The notes under the pieces are model-generated. The model was not told the origin of the DNA and ran no database searches. It worked only from the letters and a program-made list of their open reading frames with translations. This document shows positions 1 through 13,884 of a DNA stretch of 64,000 nucleotides, piece by piece (the first letter of the stretch is position 1; each line of letters starts with the position of its first letter). Made by a program: the position numbers and the translations under genes. The DNA comes from Alloascoidea hylecoeti (lineage: Eukaryota), in the NCBI GenBank assembly GCA_001600815.1, contig BCKZ01000023.1:124001-188000 (forward strand), given 5' to 3'.

Positions 1-1
1 T

Positions 2-1048
2 CGAAAAACTTTGGCAAAAATCAATGAATTAGAAGATAAATTAATTAAAATTGAAAAAATTAATAATCAAAGAGAAACTGATTTAAATAATGCTCTAAAA
101 CGTGCAAATATTGAAAATAGTAAATTAAGATGTATTATAACAAAATTAAAATCAGAAATTTCAATATTAAAAGATTTACCATCATCAACATTAAATATTT
201 CAAAAAATATAATTAATAATGGTAATTTATCACCAATTACAATTGGTTCAAAATCTCCATTAATTTTATCTGATGAAGATAATGAATCAACAATGACAAC
301 TACAATTGATCCTAAAAATATACCAATGCATTTAGCAATTGAAGATAGGAAAAGATTTAGAGATTTAGATATGTCATCATCATCATCATCATCAACAACA
401 ACGATTTTACCAAAATCTCCTGAATCAATTGATTGTCCTGTTAATAATTTAGAATTTGATCAACTATTAATAACTCCTCAACATAATCAAGGAAATGATA
501 GTAATAATAATAATGATTTATTAAATGATTTAGAATTAGATTTACCAGTTTTGAAAAAACAAAGATTTGATTCAACATTAGAAACTGAGTTTAATGATTT
601 TTTTACATTAAGACGTTCAATTTCTGAAGATAAATCAATTATTAATTCAAATTCTTTGGATATGTCATTTAGTTCTTCTTTAAGATTAGAACGTGCAACT
701 TCTGAACCAACTGTCAATGATAATGATGATCCTATATCTTTTAATGATCATATTTCATTATTTTTAAATACTGATGATGATTCATTAGTTGTTGATGTTG
801 ATACAAAAAATGGATCTTTTGAACATTGTGGATTTTGTACTAATGGTGGGATATGTCTTTGTGCAGATGAAATTGAATCTCAAAGATTAAAACTTGAAGA
901 AAATATAAAATTAGAAGAAAATGTTAATGATTTAATTAAAGAAGAAGAAACTTCAAATGATTGTGGTTTAGGTTTAGGAACGTTATTGACAATAAAAGAA
1001 GAAATTGAACCAGAAGTTTCTTTTACAATGGGTACACTTGTTACATGA
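2..1048 (+). CDS. HapX/Hap43-like bZIP iron-responsive transcription factor, 5'-partial
   Basis: Frame is open from the window edge. Leucine-zipper/coiled coil (KINELEDKL...LKSEISIL) and the Cys-rich motif CGFCTNGGICLC typical of HapX/Hap43. Confidence 0.75.
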   Translation, partial: RKTLAKINELEDKLIKIEKINNQRETDLNNALKRANIENSKLRCIITKLKSEISILKDLPSSTLNISKNIINNGNLSPITIGSKSPLILSDEDNESTMTTTIDPKNIPMHLAIEDRKRFRDLDMSSSSSSSTTTILPKSPESIDCPVNNLEFDQLLITPQHNQGNDSNNNNDLLNDLELDLPVLKKQRFDSTLETEFNDFFTLRRSISEDKSIINSNSLDMSFSSSLRLERATSEPTVNDNDDPISFNDHISLFLNTDDDSLVVDVDTKNGSFEHCGFCTNGGICLCADEIESQRLKLEENIKLEENVNDLIKEEETSNDCGLGLGTLLTIKEEIEPEVSFTMGTLVT

Positions 1049-2746
1049 AATCTTAGATGTTTTCGTTTACAGTTTTGAATTATTTTCACGGAGAAATTTA
1101 ATTGGAATTTCAAAGAATGATTCTTGGATGGATTTTTTATTAACTTTGAGTTTTTTATTTAGTTGTTTTTTCTTTTGCAATTGATTCAATAATTCCAATT
1201 CCCTTCTTTACAAAGTATACGAGTACGAATCACTTTTATGATAAATCTTTTTTCTTTTCTTCTTTTTTCTTTTCTTTATTTTTGACTTTTTTTTTTACTT
1301 TTTATTTCTTTCTCTTTATGGTTTGTGTAAGGAAAAAATTGTCATTTGTTATAATAAATGGATGGTCTACTTTACGATCTTGATATGATATCATCAATTG
1401 AAAAAAAACTTTCTTTAAAAAACGATCTTATCAAAATGTATGAACGCGGTTGTTTCAATAACTTTCTCTTCTATTTCTTTTTTTTTACTATTATTATTTT
1501 TACTTGATTTTCAATTTTCTTTTTTATTAACTATACATGTAACTTGTTACAATTTTTTGTATCAAAATTTAAAAACGTCAAAATACTTTATGCCCTGCGG
1601 ATCCGGAATCGGTATCACAGAACAACAACAACAATATATAGCAATCCAATTCCGCGGGATATTTTATATTTCTCCTTTAGGCCTCTTCATTCAAATACAA
1701 ATATCTTTATAAATAGCTTTTTGATTGAATTTGAAATTGGTATTCCCTTCCGGATATGGAAAAAGAAACGAACAAATGAACAAAACAAAACAAAACAAAA
1801 CAAAACACCAAAAAAAAAAGAACTATGCACTTTTATATCATAAATCTTGTTAATATTTTGTATGAAGCTCATGATCATGATTGTAATGACTAAATGAAAA
1901 GCAAACAACAAAAAAAAAATAGAAGGAAATTTTCTAAAGTAATCTTATAATGTTTATAAACAATTCATTTTTTTTTTTGAATTTGTTTTAATATTTTTAT
2001 ATAATTTATGTTTATGTTTATTTATTTTTCATCATGATATTATCTATAATTCTAGGCCCTATATATATATGTTACATATATAAATATACTATAGATTGTT
2101 TCAAACAGTTAAATTTTCAGTCGCAATTATGATTAACAAGAATAGATACTCGATGTCGATGAAATCAAGATTGGACATAGGAAGGACAATTATTATAACA
2201 TGTTAATATTAAACATTGTTAATAACTAAGCGCTAAGCACTAGCCTGTATTTACGGACGGTTAGAAAAGGTTCATCCGGATTTAATTTCGATAAATTATC
2301 ATTAATTAATTATTGTCTTTTCTTAAAATCGAACAAATCCATGTAAATTTAAGTGAAATTATAAATAACCATATTGTAATTAAATGCATATTTGAATTTT
2401 GTGGGGAGATCCAATTAATTGGAATGGGAAATAATTTTAACATATGTGCAAGATTGATATGTAATTATAATTGTGTGATTATTCTTTCTAGAAAACCAAT
2501 CGAAATGTAAAATGGACACACTTCCATCAATTAAATTAATATTGGTGTCTGGAGAAGAAGATTATATTTTAATTAAAACATCTGATCGTAACTTCCGGAT
2601 TCCTTTTGATTGAACATGTAAATTGTACGAGAGTATCGTTGATTGATCTTAATAAAATTTAAAATTTAAATTGTAACCTCCTTTTTTATTACGCTTAAGT
2701 TTGTAAGATCAGAAACTTTATTTGGAACTTGTTAGTACAAAGGAAA

Positions 2747-3439
2747 ATGATGTCTTTAGTTGGTTTGCGTACACGTCTTGTTGGTACTCCCCTGAGAGGT
2801 ATGAGATTATCCAGTTGAGATTGAAAGTTTATTGAGTTCTAACATAAATTAAACATGAATAGTACTACGTCGTCCATCATTGATTCTTCTAAACTTAGGC
2901 GAAAGACAATTACAAACAAAATTAGCCACAAGAAAGTGAGTTAGCATTATATTTCTCCAAATATACATATTACTAACAGGAAGATACAAAGTGTCCACGT
3001 TAATGTTGTAAAAGCAAGTGTTGCACAAGAAGAACAAATCCTTATTGAGCAACGTAAAAATCGACCAAGTACTCCTCATCTAACGATTTATCAACCTCAA
3101 TTAACTTGGATATTATCAAGTTGTCATCGATGCTTTGGAGTAATGATGGCGGCCACATTTTATGGAGTTACATGTTCGTACGCAGCAGGATATATTTTAA
3201 ATCTTGGAGTTGATGCTTCTTCAATTGCAACTTTAATTGGAATCACTTTTTCTCCGTTGTTGATTTTAGCTGCTAAAGCTTCGTATGCTTATTTATTTGC
3301 GTTTCATGCACTAAATGGCCTACGACATTTAACATGGGATGCTGGTAGAGAATTGACAGTCAAAGGAGTTTACAGGACTGGATATATCGTTATGGCCGGA
3401 ACTGTTATCTTGGGCACTTATCTTGCCCTTTTTGCTTAA
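2747..3439 (+). CDS. SDH3: Succinate dehydrogenase cytochrome b subunit, 3 exons (2747-2798, 2863-2935, 2980 or 2992-3439)
   Basis: Splicing GTATGA..AG (2799-2862) and GTGAGT..TACTAAC..AG gives an Arg-rich mitochondrial presequence, then QRKNRPSTPHLTIYQPQLTW and FHALNGLRHLTWD. Confidence 0.92.
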
Positions 3440-3658
3440 ATAGTAATTAAATATAAATATAGTGTGATTACATAAACACCCGTGCACCCCATCGAACACG
3501 ACTCGCTTCCAAATTTTTTAGAAATGTATTGTTAAAGAAACCTTCCAAACGGCAAATTATCTTTTATTAATAACAAACCTGAAGAACTCATCCAAAATAC
3601 CAAAACCTGAAAATTTAACAAATTAATTTATTTTACCCATTTGAATATAAATAAATAA

Positions 3659-6600
3659 ATGAGCGTGGAGATTCCAACAACTCCTAAACGCGTCAAGGTG
3701 TACCAGTTAAGTCAAGAAGTCTGGATCGACCACGGAACAGGTTTTTGCAACTGTAATATTATCGACAATCAACCTTTTATCGTAGTCACTAATGAAGTTG
3801 ATAATGATAAAGTCATATTAAAAACCCCGGTGGCTGGTGATACTCAATATCAAAAACAACAGGACACACTGGTTGTGTGGACAGAACCTGATAGTAGGGA
3901 CATGGCATTAAGTTTTCAAGAAGCTGAAGGTTGTTCAAATGTTTGTGAATTTTTAGTTTATGTTCAACAGCATTTTTGTCCAAATATATCTGTTGTTGCT
4001 TTAATATCAAGTGAAACTGAAGGTGATATAACTGAAGTTATAGCAGGCCCTGGGGTTTTCCCTCCAGAACCTGACCTTGATAATCTAGATATTGTTTTAG
4101 ATATATTATCACAAACTGCTTTATCACAATATACAAGAGAATCTTCAATACGTTTTTTAATAGGCACGAATTATATTCAATTACTTGTTGCTTTATTTTC
4201 AAAAGCTGAGGACTTACATTTGATTTCAGCCTTACATTACCTTAACCGGATAACGAAAACATTAAGTATGATCATCATTTTTATGTATTTTTACTTTTTA
4301 AATTTTATCCTACTAACATAAAATCATGTATCTAGTAATGTTAAATGAAAGTCCTATTATAGAACAAATGCTACTGGATGAAAATATTATGGGTGTAGTC
4401 GGAATACTTGAATGTAAGTTTTCATTCATTTTTTTCTTTATTCTTTTCAGTCTATTTTTAGACACTAACCTTCTTAAAATATATAGATGATCCAGATTTT
4501 CCTAAACATAAAGCTAATCATCGAGAATATTTATCTCATGAAACAAAATTTAAAGAAGTTATTCCATTTCCTGATCCATCAATTAAAGAAAAAATTCAAT
4601 CAACTTTTAGATTACAATTTTTAAAAGATGTTGCACTTGTTAGATTACTTGATGAATCAACTTTTTCATTATTATCTTCTATAATATATTTTAATCAAGT
4701 TGAAATTATAAAATATTTACAATCATCTGAGGAATTTATTGATAATTTAATTGGATTATTTACAAATTCGAGTATTAAAAAAAATGATAAAGAAAATGAT
4801 AAACACGATAACAAAAATGACAAAGAAGAGGATACTCTAAATGGAAATGAAGATGAAAATAAAGATAAGAATAAAATTAAAGATGAAATATATCTTAATA
4901 CTAAAAGAGATGGCGTTCGTCTATTCCATCAATTCGCATCAATTGCCAAAAACATCCAACCAGTTCAACGAACGACTTTATTCGAAGCATTTATAAAAAG
5001 AGGATTATTTAAATTAATAGATTTTGCTCTTAACGATGAAGATGCTGATATTAGGACATTAGGAACTGAACTTGTTGTCTCCGTAATTGAACATGATGGA
5101 TTATTATTTCTTGGTGTTTATAATGAAACTGAAAATCTAACAGAAGAAAAATCAACTGATTCAAAACCTACTAATTCAAAATCCGAAGAAAATTCAACAA
5201 TGATAAACTCAACCCCGAATCCAAAAATAAACTCAAAAGTAAACTCAAAAATAAATTCAGATGAAGATATAATAACATTATTAAACATATTAATAAAATT
5301 ATTAATAAATGAAAAGAAAATTGGTTTAAAAAAACAAGTTAGTGATACTTTAAAGACTTTACTTGATCCAATATTTTATGCTTCAAATTCAAATAATATG
5401 AATGATTTTTCAACCATTGCTTTAATTCAACCTGATAAAATCGAAAATTCAATTATAACTAATGAACGATGTATTACTTTATTTTATAAATTTTCTGCAA
5501 TAAATTTATTTCAACCACTTATTGATTTACTACATGATAATACTACTAATACCAACACTATTACTTATAATAATAATACAATAGATTTTACTAATTTACC
5601 AACAAGAATATTATATATTCAATTATGTGATTTAGTAAATTTCATAGCCAAAACTCATTCAATATCATCAAGATCATTTATATTAGAAAATCATATTATT
5701 CAATCACTATCAAAACTTTTAAATGTTAAAAATACACTTTTAAGACTTTCATCAATTCAAGCATTAAAAACAATAATTAAACTTGGTGATGATTTTTATA
5801 CAAGATATATTTTAACAAAAAAAATATTTAAATCAATTATAAATTTATTAATTGAAAATATTAAATTAAATAATATAATTGGTTCATGTATTTTAGAATT
5901 ATTTGAATTTATTAGAATGAATAGTAATAATCAAGAATTAAAAAAAAATATGAGATTAATTATAATTCATTTAGTTGAAAATTATAAAAATGATTTAAAA
6001 AATCTTGATAATGTTAATGTTGGTGAAGAATTAATTACAATTTATAATAATATGAATCAAGAAAAATCAAGATCTCTTAGTTCATATAATAGTACAACTA
6101 CTGGTAAAAGATCATCATATAGAAATTCATCAAGTTTAATTGATAGATTTGGAGTTGGGAAACCATTGGTTGATTATGATAGTGATGATGATGATGAAAT
6201 TACAACTAAAAGACAAAAATTAGATACAAGAAGTGATTCTGAAATTATAGACTCAGAAAATACACCAAATTTAGGGGATAAAAGATTACGAAGGAAATCA
6301 TGGTCAATATTTTCTAAAAGAGGTCCTTGTGCTAAAAATGATGGAATTTCAACTGTTACAACTGCTCATTTAAATAGTACTATTGAGAAATCTGATAGTG
6401 ATGAAGAAGATGTTACAAAAGGTATAAATTTAGAAGAAAAGTTGGATGAAGATATATTAGGCGATTTGAAAAAATCACCATTGGAAAATATCACTTCTAT
6501 TAATGTGGATGAAAATACTTCTAGTGCTTCAGAACTACGGTCATTATTCACACCAGAAGAAAAGGATGATGAAAAAGTAAAAGGAGAAAACGAAGAAGAG

Positions 6601-6666
6601 AATAAAAAAGATGATGAAGAAGAGAATAAAGAAGAAAATGAAAATGAAAATGAGAAAACAAAAACA

Positions 6667-6699
<33 letters not shown>

Positions 6700-7146
6700 G
6701 AAAATGAAAATGAAAAAGAAAACGCGAAAGAAGATGACGATGAAAATGAAAACGAAAGAGAAAATGAAATAAAAAATGAGAAGAAAAAAGAAAAGGAAAA
6801 TAAAAGTGAGCATAAAAAAGAAATTCAAAATGAAAATGAAACGCCGACACTTAATGGAAAATCATCACCAATCAAATTCAACTTTTCATCATCGGATGAA
6901 CAAAAAACTACATTCACAACTAATGGTACAATAAGTTCTAGAAATCGTAGTAAATCTCCACTTACACATACAAAACCGCACAAGGAGAGGCATATATTAG
7001 GGGTGAAATCTCGTAGAGATACTCCTCAAAAGAATCCTATAACGAAAGAAAAAGAGCATGATAAATTCCGTGATTCCTTAAAGAAGAAAATGAACCATGC
7101 AGCGAAGATTTTTGGTATTAGAGATAAAGATAAAGATAAAAAATAA
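3659..7146 (+). CDS. PSY2: PP4 regulatory subunit 3 (Psy2/SMK-1), exons 3659-4265, 4336-4413, 4487-7146
   Basis: EVH1-like N-terminus (KRVKVY..WIDHGTG, YQKQQDTLVVW, MALSFQEAEGC). Spliced GILEYDPDFPKHKANHREYL motif, GT-AG introns with CTAAC branch points, long acidic low-complexity tail. Confidence 0.9.
6630..6840 (+). repeat. Coding hexanucleotide microsatellites (GAAAAT)n and (AAAACR)n giving EN and KT dipeptide runs
   Basis: ENENENEKTKTKTKTKTKTKENENE in the PSY2 tail; tandem aaaacg/aaaaca and gaaaat units are visible. Confidence 0.85.
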
Positions 7147-7482
7147 TATCTATTTTTTATTTTTATTTTAATTTTTGAAATTCTTTCGTGTTTCTGGAAC
7201 TATAGATTATATTTTTATATTTTTATACTTTTTTATCTTTTATGATTTGTACTTTTGTTTTTTAAAATATTTAGTGCTTTTTATTGATTTGGATTTGATT
7301 TTCATGTGAATTTAAATTTGAATTTGAATTTGGTATATTTAATATATTTACGATATGGCATTTGTATACACGTGACTTACATTTCCTTCGAAAGTTTCAA
7401 ACCTTCTAACTCTCCTCTTCTTTCTTTCTTTTGTTTATCTTTTTTTTTTCTATTTTGGTTGTCTCTTCGAAATCCTTTAAAA

Positions 7483-9371
7483 ATGCCAGTTGCAAGAATC
7501 CCCAGCAGTTTCAGTGCCATTTCACTATCAACAGACACAGCTTCTTCAGTTGTAAGTACCCTTTTAAGGGGTGGAGGTTAAAACATGGATGTCGCCTTTA
7601 TAATTCAAAACACAGATGTTGAATTCCCGGCCAAATTTGGTTTGATCCGTCCACTAACTTTTTTTCCACAGCTTCGAAGAAAGAAGGATATCAGAAAAGG
7701 TATTCCTTTCAATGTTATGATTTGTGGTGCTGCTGGAACGGGCAAATCAACATTTATCAGAACACTTTGCGATGGAAGAGATCCAGTGGTTCCAATGAGA
7801 ACTACTAGAAAGTCTTTGTCTTCGGTTTTAGAAGAAAAAAATAGTTCAAACAAGTTGACCAGAATTACAAGTCAGGAGGATTTACTTAATGTTCCAACTC
7901 CTTTGTATTATAAGGCTGATAGCTTTTATGCCGCTAAAGTAAATGAGGAGCCCGGGATTAATATTACCGAAACTAAATATAGTAAGGGATTTTTTTTTTC
8001 ATTCACCTTTTTTTCAGTAATCTAACCATTTATTCCTTTAGTGCTCAATGACGAAGATGGTTCAAAATTGGATTTGACAATAGTTGAGGCGCCTGGTTTT
8101 GGTGATAATGTCGATAATGAGTCTTGGTTAGTAGTATATTTTTATGCATAACCTTTTTTGCATCAAACTAATTTTTATCTTAATCTAGTTTTAAAGAACT
8201 AATTAAGTATTTACATGATCAATTTGATGAATTGTTAGTTGAAGAGACAATGGTTCGTCGTAATCCAAGATTTCACGACAAACGCATACACGTAATTTTA
8301 TACTTTATTGAGGCTACAGGGCATGAATTACGTGAATTAGATATTTCTTTTCTTAAACAATTGAAAGCTTATTCAAATATTATTCCAATAATAAGTAAAG
8401 CTGATTCTTTTACGCCAACTGAACTTGGTGAATTTAAAAAAACAATTTTGGAACAATTAGATGAATTAAATATTCCATTTTATAACTTCCCTTACGATGA
8501 GGAAGTTGATGATGAGGATACTATCGAAGAAAATATGGCTTTAAGAGCGCTATTGCCATTTTCAGTTGTTTCGAGTGATCAATTTTATAAAATTGGTGAA
8601 GAAGTTGTTAGAGCAAGAGAATATCCTTGGGGTCTTGTTCAAGTTGATAATCCAGAACATAATGATTTCGTTTATTTAAAATCGGTTCTTTTTGGATCTC
8701 ATTTACAAGATTTGAAAGATTTAACACATGATTTCTATTATGAAAATTACAGAAGTGAAAAATTAGTTAATATGACTGGTAATGATGAAGAAGATGAATC
8801 AACCCCTACACTTAGTAAACAAATTTCATTTAATGTTGATTTTAATAATGGTGATAGTTCTCCCGTTGAAAGTCGTAATCGTTCAAAAACTAATGTATCA
8901 TCAGCCGTTTCAGAAAATCCAGAATCTGTTGTTTCTGACGAAACTAAAGGATCACAGGGAATTTCAAAACGACAAATTATTAATATTTCAAATACTTTAC
9001 CTTATCAATTAAAGCATGAACAATTAAAATCGCAACAAGAAAAATTAAAAGAAATTGAAGCTAAATTAAAAGCTGAATATGAATTAGAAACTAAACAAAT
9101 GGAAGAGAAACGAAATGAAATTCGTCGTAGACAACAAGAATTAGATCAATTAAAGAAAGAACAAGGAATTAATTATTTCCAACGTCAACGGTTAGATCCA
9201 GGTAATGATCAAGGAGGTTCTTTAGAAGCTTCAACTACTGAGGGTTCTACAGAAACAACAAAGGCAACTGAAAATGGACCATATTATAAATTGAAATTAT
9301 CTGAGGATAATCCTCGTATGTCAACTGCTTCTTCAATTTATCCAGATAATATACCTAATGCTTATCAATAA
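7483..9371 (+). CDS. SHS1: Cdc11-group septin, Shs1/Sep7-like, exons 7483-7551, 7672-7981, 8042-8126, 8189-9371
   Basis: Three in-frame GT-AG introns. Polybasic RRKK, G1 CGAAGTGKST, G4 SKAD, septin unique element RAREYPWG, long C-terminal extension with coiled coil. Paralog identity (SHS1 vs CDC11/SPR28) is less certain than the family. Confidence 0.75.
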
Positions 9372-11751
9372 TTCAAATGATTTTGATTTATGACATTCAA
9401 CACGATTAGTACATAGAACTTTAACTTTTGGAATTTTGTTGAATGACTGTTTATATTTTTTTATTGATATTGTTAAAAAAGATAAAGTTAACTAACATAT
9501 TTAAACCATTATAATTAGTACGTTCATGATTTGATTGCTTCTATTATGTAATTATACACTAGTACTTTAATAGTAATAGTTTTTAATCTTATAATTTCTC
9601 GTTAGTTTTTAAGTGCAGTCATATTATATTTCTTCATTCTCTCGTTTATAAATTTGAAAAAGGAGAAATCTGGACCTTCCATTTAAAGTTAATATAATAG
9701 TGGGTTTAGAAACTGAATGATTTGTTATGTGAGTACGCATCGATACCATGGGAAATATAAGCTACAAATAATTAACTCCACAATGTCCACATCGTGGTAT
9801 AACATATTTCTCTATGGCGCCCTCGTAAACCATCTCCATAGTCTAGAAACCCAATTGTAACATAATACACGAAATTGACAAATGAAAGATATCATCATTA
9901 AAAGAAATTTAGTTGGGCCTGTTTTATTCTTTAACAGTATTTGTTTATACTCGGTGCTTATAGAAAGTTGAAAGAAAGATGAGTTTAGGCAAACAATTAC
10001 ATACAACCACATAAATGTAGTATCAAGTATTCGATCAGCTTAATGACGGTAGATCAGCATGAGCCTTGAACAGTGAATCTAATAATGGTCGAGCATTTTT
10101 CTTCCTCGCACCCCAGTACCATACAAACTGAATGAAGAGCTATGATAAGTTAAGTAGCTTTGTAGAGATTTTGATATCCTTCGATTCAGTATGTTTGGGC
10201 CAAGGAATTTACATTTTTTTATCATTTACACTTATTTATGAAAATTATCTTTAATATAAATTACAATATGATTACTATCTAACTTCTAGACATTCTTACA
10301 AGTATGAAAGTGATGATTATGTGACAAGAAGAAAGTTTGTACTTTTCACTAGATAATGATTAGAGATAGCTTATAAGGCAGGCTTATAACAAAAAACGTA
10401 TATTAAAAAACAATAAGAACTGGGAATGTATATATTATACTAAATATCCATTAAATATAGCTACTACATTATTAATTGTTGTAGCTAAAAGAAACGACTG
10501 ACAATATTAAAGATCAAACTTAATATAAAGTAGATAATATATTAATGACGTATTAACAAATTTAAATGTTAATTACCAGGAATTAATTTGATTATAAAAA
10601 TTCAAAAAGAAATAGAAAATTTTAAATCATTTATAATGATAATTTCCAAAAAGAAGAGTGTAATTATTGAATGAATATGCATATAACGTTAGTTAGCATA
10701 ATAAATTGAATTCACAATAATCAAAAAACGATGAGGCTATAGTTAGTAATATTAGCTTTAAAAGAAAAATTTCCATGAATAATGAGATAATCAATGATGA
10801 ATGAGATTTTTAATGTGCTATTAATAAAAATAAAGTACATTTCTTTGAATTATCTCTCTTAAATAGAACAAATTTTAAAAATCAAAAAATTTAAACTGCT
10901 ATAGAGAGAGAGATAAAAGAGAAAAAAATATATATAGATAAAAAAAATTAATAAATTAAAACAATAATAATGTTTGTAAAACTAAAAAGATATAATAATA
11001 GTATTTTATTTAATTTATTTTGATGAATCAATTGAAATATAATAATAATAAAAGTAAAAAATTTAATGTGAATGCCGATTTCTACCAACATGATAAAAAA
11101 CAAGGGGAATAAATAATCAAAAGGAAAATATAGAAATAAATAAATAAAAGGTCCCTAATGATCATAATGATATGTAAAAAAATTTAAAAAATTTAAATAA
11201 CAAGGGTAAATTATATATAATATTAGATGAAAAATGTTTATTTGTGTCCATAAGCGCAATCAATTTAAAATAACAAAACAATAAAAGAGATAAATAAAGT
11301 CAAAAGAAGTAGAAAAAAAAAAAGGATTGTTGTCTGTGTTGTTAATGAATATTAATAAAAAGGATGTTGTGTTTTTTTTTTTTTTGCTTTTTTCTGAAGT
11401 TTTTTATGCTAAACAATAAACAAAGTTATATGACTATTAATAATATGATTGATCAAGAATATAAAAACAATATAAGAAAATAAATGTTGTTTTTTTTTTT
11501 TTGAATAAATTTAAAATAATAATAGTAATGTCCTATCGTAATAAAAAGAAAAAGAGTAACTTTGTGAATGGAATCATGCGAAAGGAAATTAAAAAAGAAA
11601 GAAAAAAAGTGGTAAAAGTGAGCATTGAAAAAGTGCATCATCATTTATAAATAACAATATAATCAACAAATATTAATGAAACAAAAATATATATATAAAA
11701 CGAGAAATAACACAATCAATAAAGATTGCAAATCTGGTAAGATTATGATAA

Positions 11752-13884
11752 TTAAAATGGAAGCTGACCTAAACCTTGACTTGGAGTAGATACAGGTAAT
11801 TGATTAATCTGTTGTTGTTGATTATTTGATCCAAATCCTAAAATTCCAGAGTTTATAGTCTGTTGTTGAGGTTGTTGTGAATTAAATTGAAATCCATTCA
11901 AATTAACATTATTATTAATATTTGAATTTGATGAACCAATGTTACTAATTGAACTACTATTATAACCAGCAATTGAAGAATGTCTAAAATTACCAACAGA
12001 TGGTCTATTTAAACTTCCATTAATATTTGAATTTAAACCATAAGAATGATGACCACTAATACTGCCATTAGTTGAATTATTACCATTTGTATTATTACTT
12101 CTTACACCTAAAGGATTTTTTGAAAAAGATAATCTAATACCACCTTTAATACTATTTGTTAAAACACTGCCATATAATTCATTCATCGCTCTTGTTGCAT
12201 ATGCAACATCATCAAATTCAACAAAACACATTGGACCATTTGTTTTATTTCTAAAACATAATCTTTTATAACCTAATTGTGTTTGAAAGATATTTTTCAA
12301 TTCATCTTCAGATGTATTCATTGGTAAATTACCAACGTATAATGTATTACATGGTGGATTTTGATCAGCTGGATTTGCAGCAGGTGGTATACGATTTGAA
12401 GAATGTTGTGAATTTTCAACTATTGGAGTAATTTGTGGTAACATATGATTAGTTAACTGATTAGATGATGATGGATATCCAGATACAGAAACTTGTCTCC
12501 TTCTATCCCATAAAACAGGAGCAGATTGAGGGGTTGGGATATTTGAATTTGTAGAAGAAAGATTGGTGGTATTAATACTAATACCCATTAATCCATGACG
12601 GGGACTTATAGATTGGTTTGGAGGTGGCACAATTGGAAGTTGAGAATTTGAATTTTCTAATGAATTTTCCATTGGATTTGGATTTGAAGAATCTAATTGA
12701 ATATTATTATTTGAATTTGAATTTTGGTTTAAATTTGGATTTGGATTTGAATTATTGATTGCCCAACGAAGTCGATCTCCTATTAAATCACTATATTCTT
12801 CATCATCCTTCTTTTTAGATTCCAATAAAATTGATTTCCCTGAAATTAATGGTGGGAAATGAGAATTAATGTTAGTTTGTAAATCATATTGAGAATTTGG
12901 TGGAGATGAATTTGTTGGAGAAAAAAAATCATTAGTTGGAGAATTTGATTGCTGATTTGTTGACGAATTTGAAGGTAAAGTAGTACTTGTTGAAAGCGGA
13001 GGTAAATCATTATGTGGAGAAAACACAAAGCGAGAAATTTTTTGTTGTTGTGAAGAGTTATTATGGATTTGATCATTGTTTAAATGATTAGTACCACCAT
13101 TTAAAAAGTTTGAAGAAGTTGAAGAATGTTTTACAATTTCCGCTTTCAAAGGCAAAAGATCGATATCATTTGAAATAAAACCATTAATACTTTTAATTTT
13201 ATCAAAATTAACAAAATCATTAAAAATATTACATTTTCCATCCAGTTCATTCAAAGCCATGGACAAAGCACCGTATGAAGAAAAACGAGCGATTCCATAA
13301 ATATTTGAAGGAGTTGGGTTAATGGAATTCTCTGGGGTCATAGAAGTTGATTTATGGGAATGAGAGTCTGAGACAGAAGCTGAAACCGAAGCTGAGGACT
13401 GGTCAGAAGAATAAAGATCGGTCGAGACCAGGTCGTGTCCCAAAGCAAAAATACACCTAAACTCTCTCTGGGTGATATCCCTTGGTAAGTTGGAGATTTT
13501 CAGTTCGTACAGTGTTGGAGAAGAAGCACTTGTGGAGGTTGAAGTGGAGTTTGTCTGAACGTTCAGAGAGAATCGTCGCATCGGCTGCAATAGAGACGCA
13601 GGCGTGGTCTGGTCCATTTTCGCAAGCCAGTCTTCCGGGTACTCGTGGGTCGGAGACAGGGGCATTTGGTAGAAAGGGGGACGCTCCGTCGGGAGAGGAG
13701 CATGCCAAAAGCCGGCGGAGGCTGAGACGGCGACGGAGGGCTGGGGAGCCGCGGGGGGCGGGGGGCCATTCAGGGTGGGGACGGCGGACATACAAGATTG
13801 GATGTTTTGGTGTTGGATCAGCAGGGAGGCGGACGAGGACGAGGACGGAGAGGGCGGACGCGATGTAGAACGGGACGAGGACAT
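11752..13884 (-). CDS. WHI3: Whi3/Whi4-like RRM RNA-binding protein
   Basis: C-terminal RRM preceded by [25 protein letters not shown]1 [23 protein letters not shown]. Degenerate N-terminal RRM and N/Q/S-rich linkers. Start placed at ATG 13884 (MSSSRS). Confidence 0.88.
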   Translation of the reverse strand: MSSSRSTSRPPSPSSSSSASLLIQHQNIQSCMSAVPTLNGPPPPAAPQPSVAVSASAGFWHAPLPTERPPFYQMPLSPTHEYPEDWLAKMDQTTPASLLQPMRRFSLNVQTNSTSTSTSASSPTLYELKISNLPRDITQREFRCIFALGHDLVSTDLYSSDQSSASVSASVSDSHSHKSTSMTPENSINPTPSNIYGIARFSSYGALSMALNELDGKCNIFNDFVNFDKIKSINGFISNDIDLLPLKAEIVKHSSTSSNFLNGGTNHLNNDQIHNNSSQQQKISRFVFSPHNDLPPLSTSTTLPSNSSTNQQSNSPTNDFFSPTNSSPPNSQYDLQTNINSHFPPLISGKSILLESKKKDDEEYSDLIGDRLRWAINNSNPNPNLNQNSNSNNNIQLDSSNPNPMENSLENSNSQLPIVPPPNQSISPRHGLMGISINTTNLSSTNSNIPTPQSAPVLWDRRRQVSVSGYPSSSNQLTNHMLPQITPIVENSQHSSNRIPPAANPADQNPPCNTLYVGNLPMNTSEDELKNIFQTQLGYKRLCFRNKTNGPMCFVEFDDVAYATRAMNELYGSVLTNSIKGGIRLSFSKNPLGVRSNNTNGNNSTNGSISGHHSYGLNSNINGSLNRPSVGNFRHSSIAGYNSSSISNIGSSNSNINNNVNLNGFQFNSQQPQQQTINSGILGFGSNNQQQQINQLPVSTPSQGLGQLPF

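Noticed and set aside
2400..2510. CCAAT boxes upstream of SDH3 next to the HapX-like gene
   Set aside because: 5-mers are frequent in AT-rich DNA; adjacency alone does not support a regulatory cluster.
6544..6850. Antisense Phe/His-rich ORFs
   Set aside because: Mirror of the purine-rich microsatellites in the PSY2 tail.
7585..7671. ORF-track start MDVAFIIQ for the septin
   Set aside because: Lies inside an intron (GTAAGT 7552, CACTAAC, CAG 7671); ATG 7483 gives a better model.
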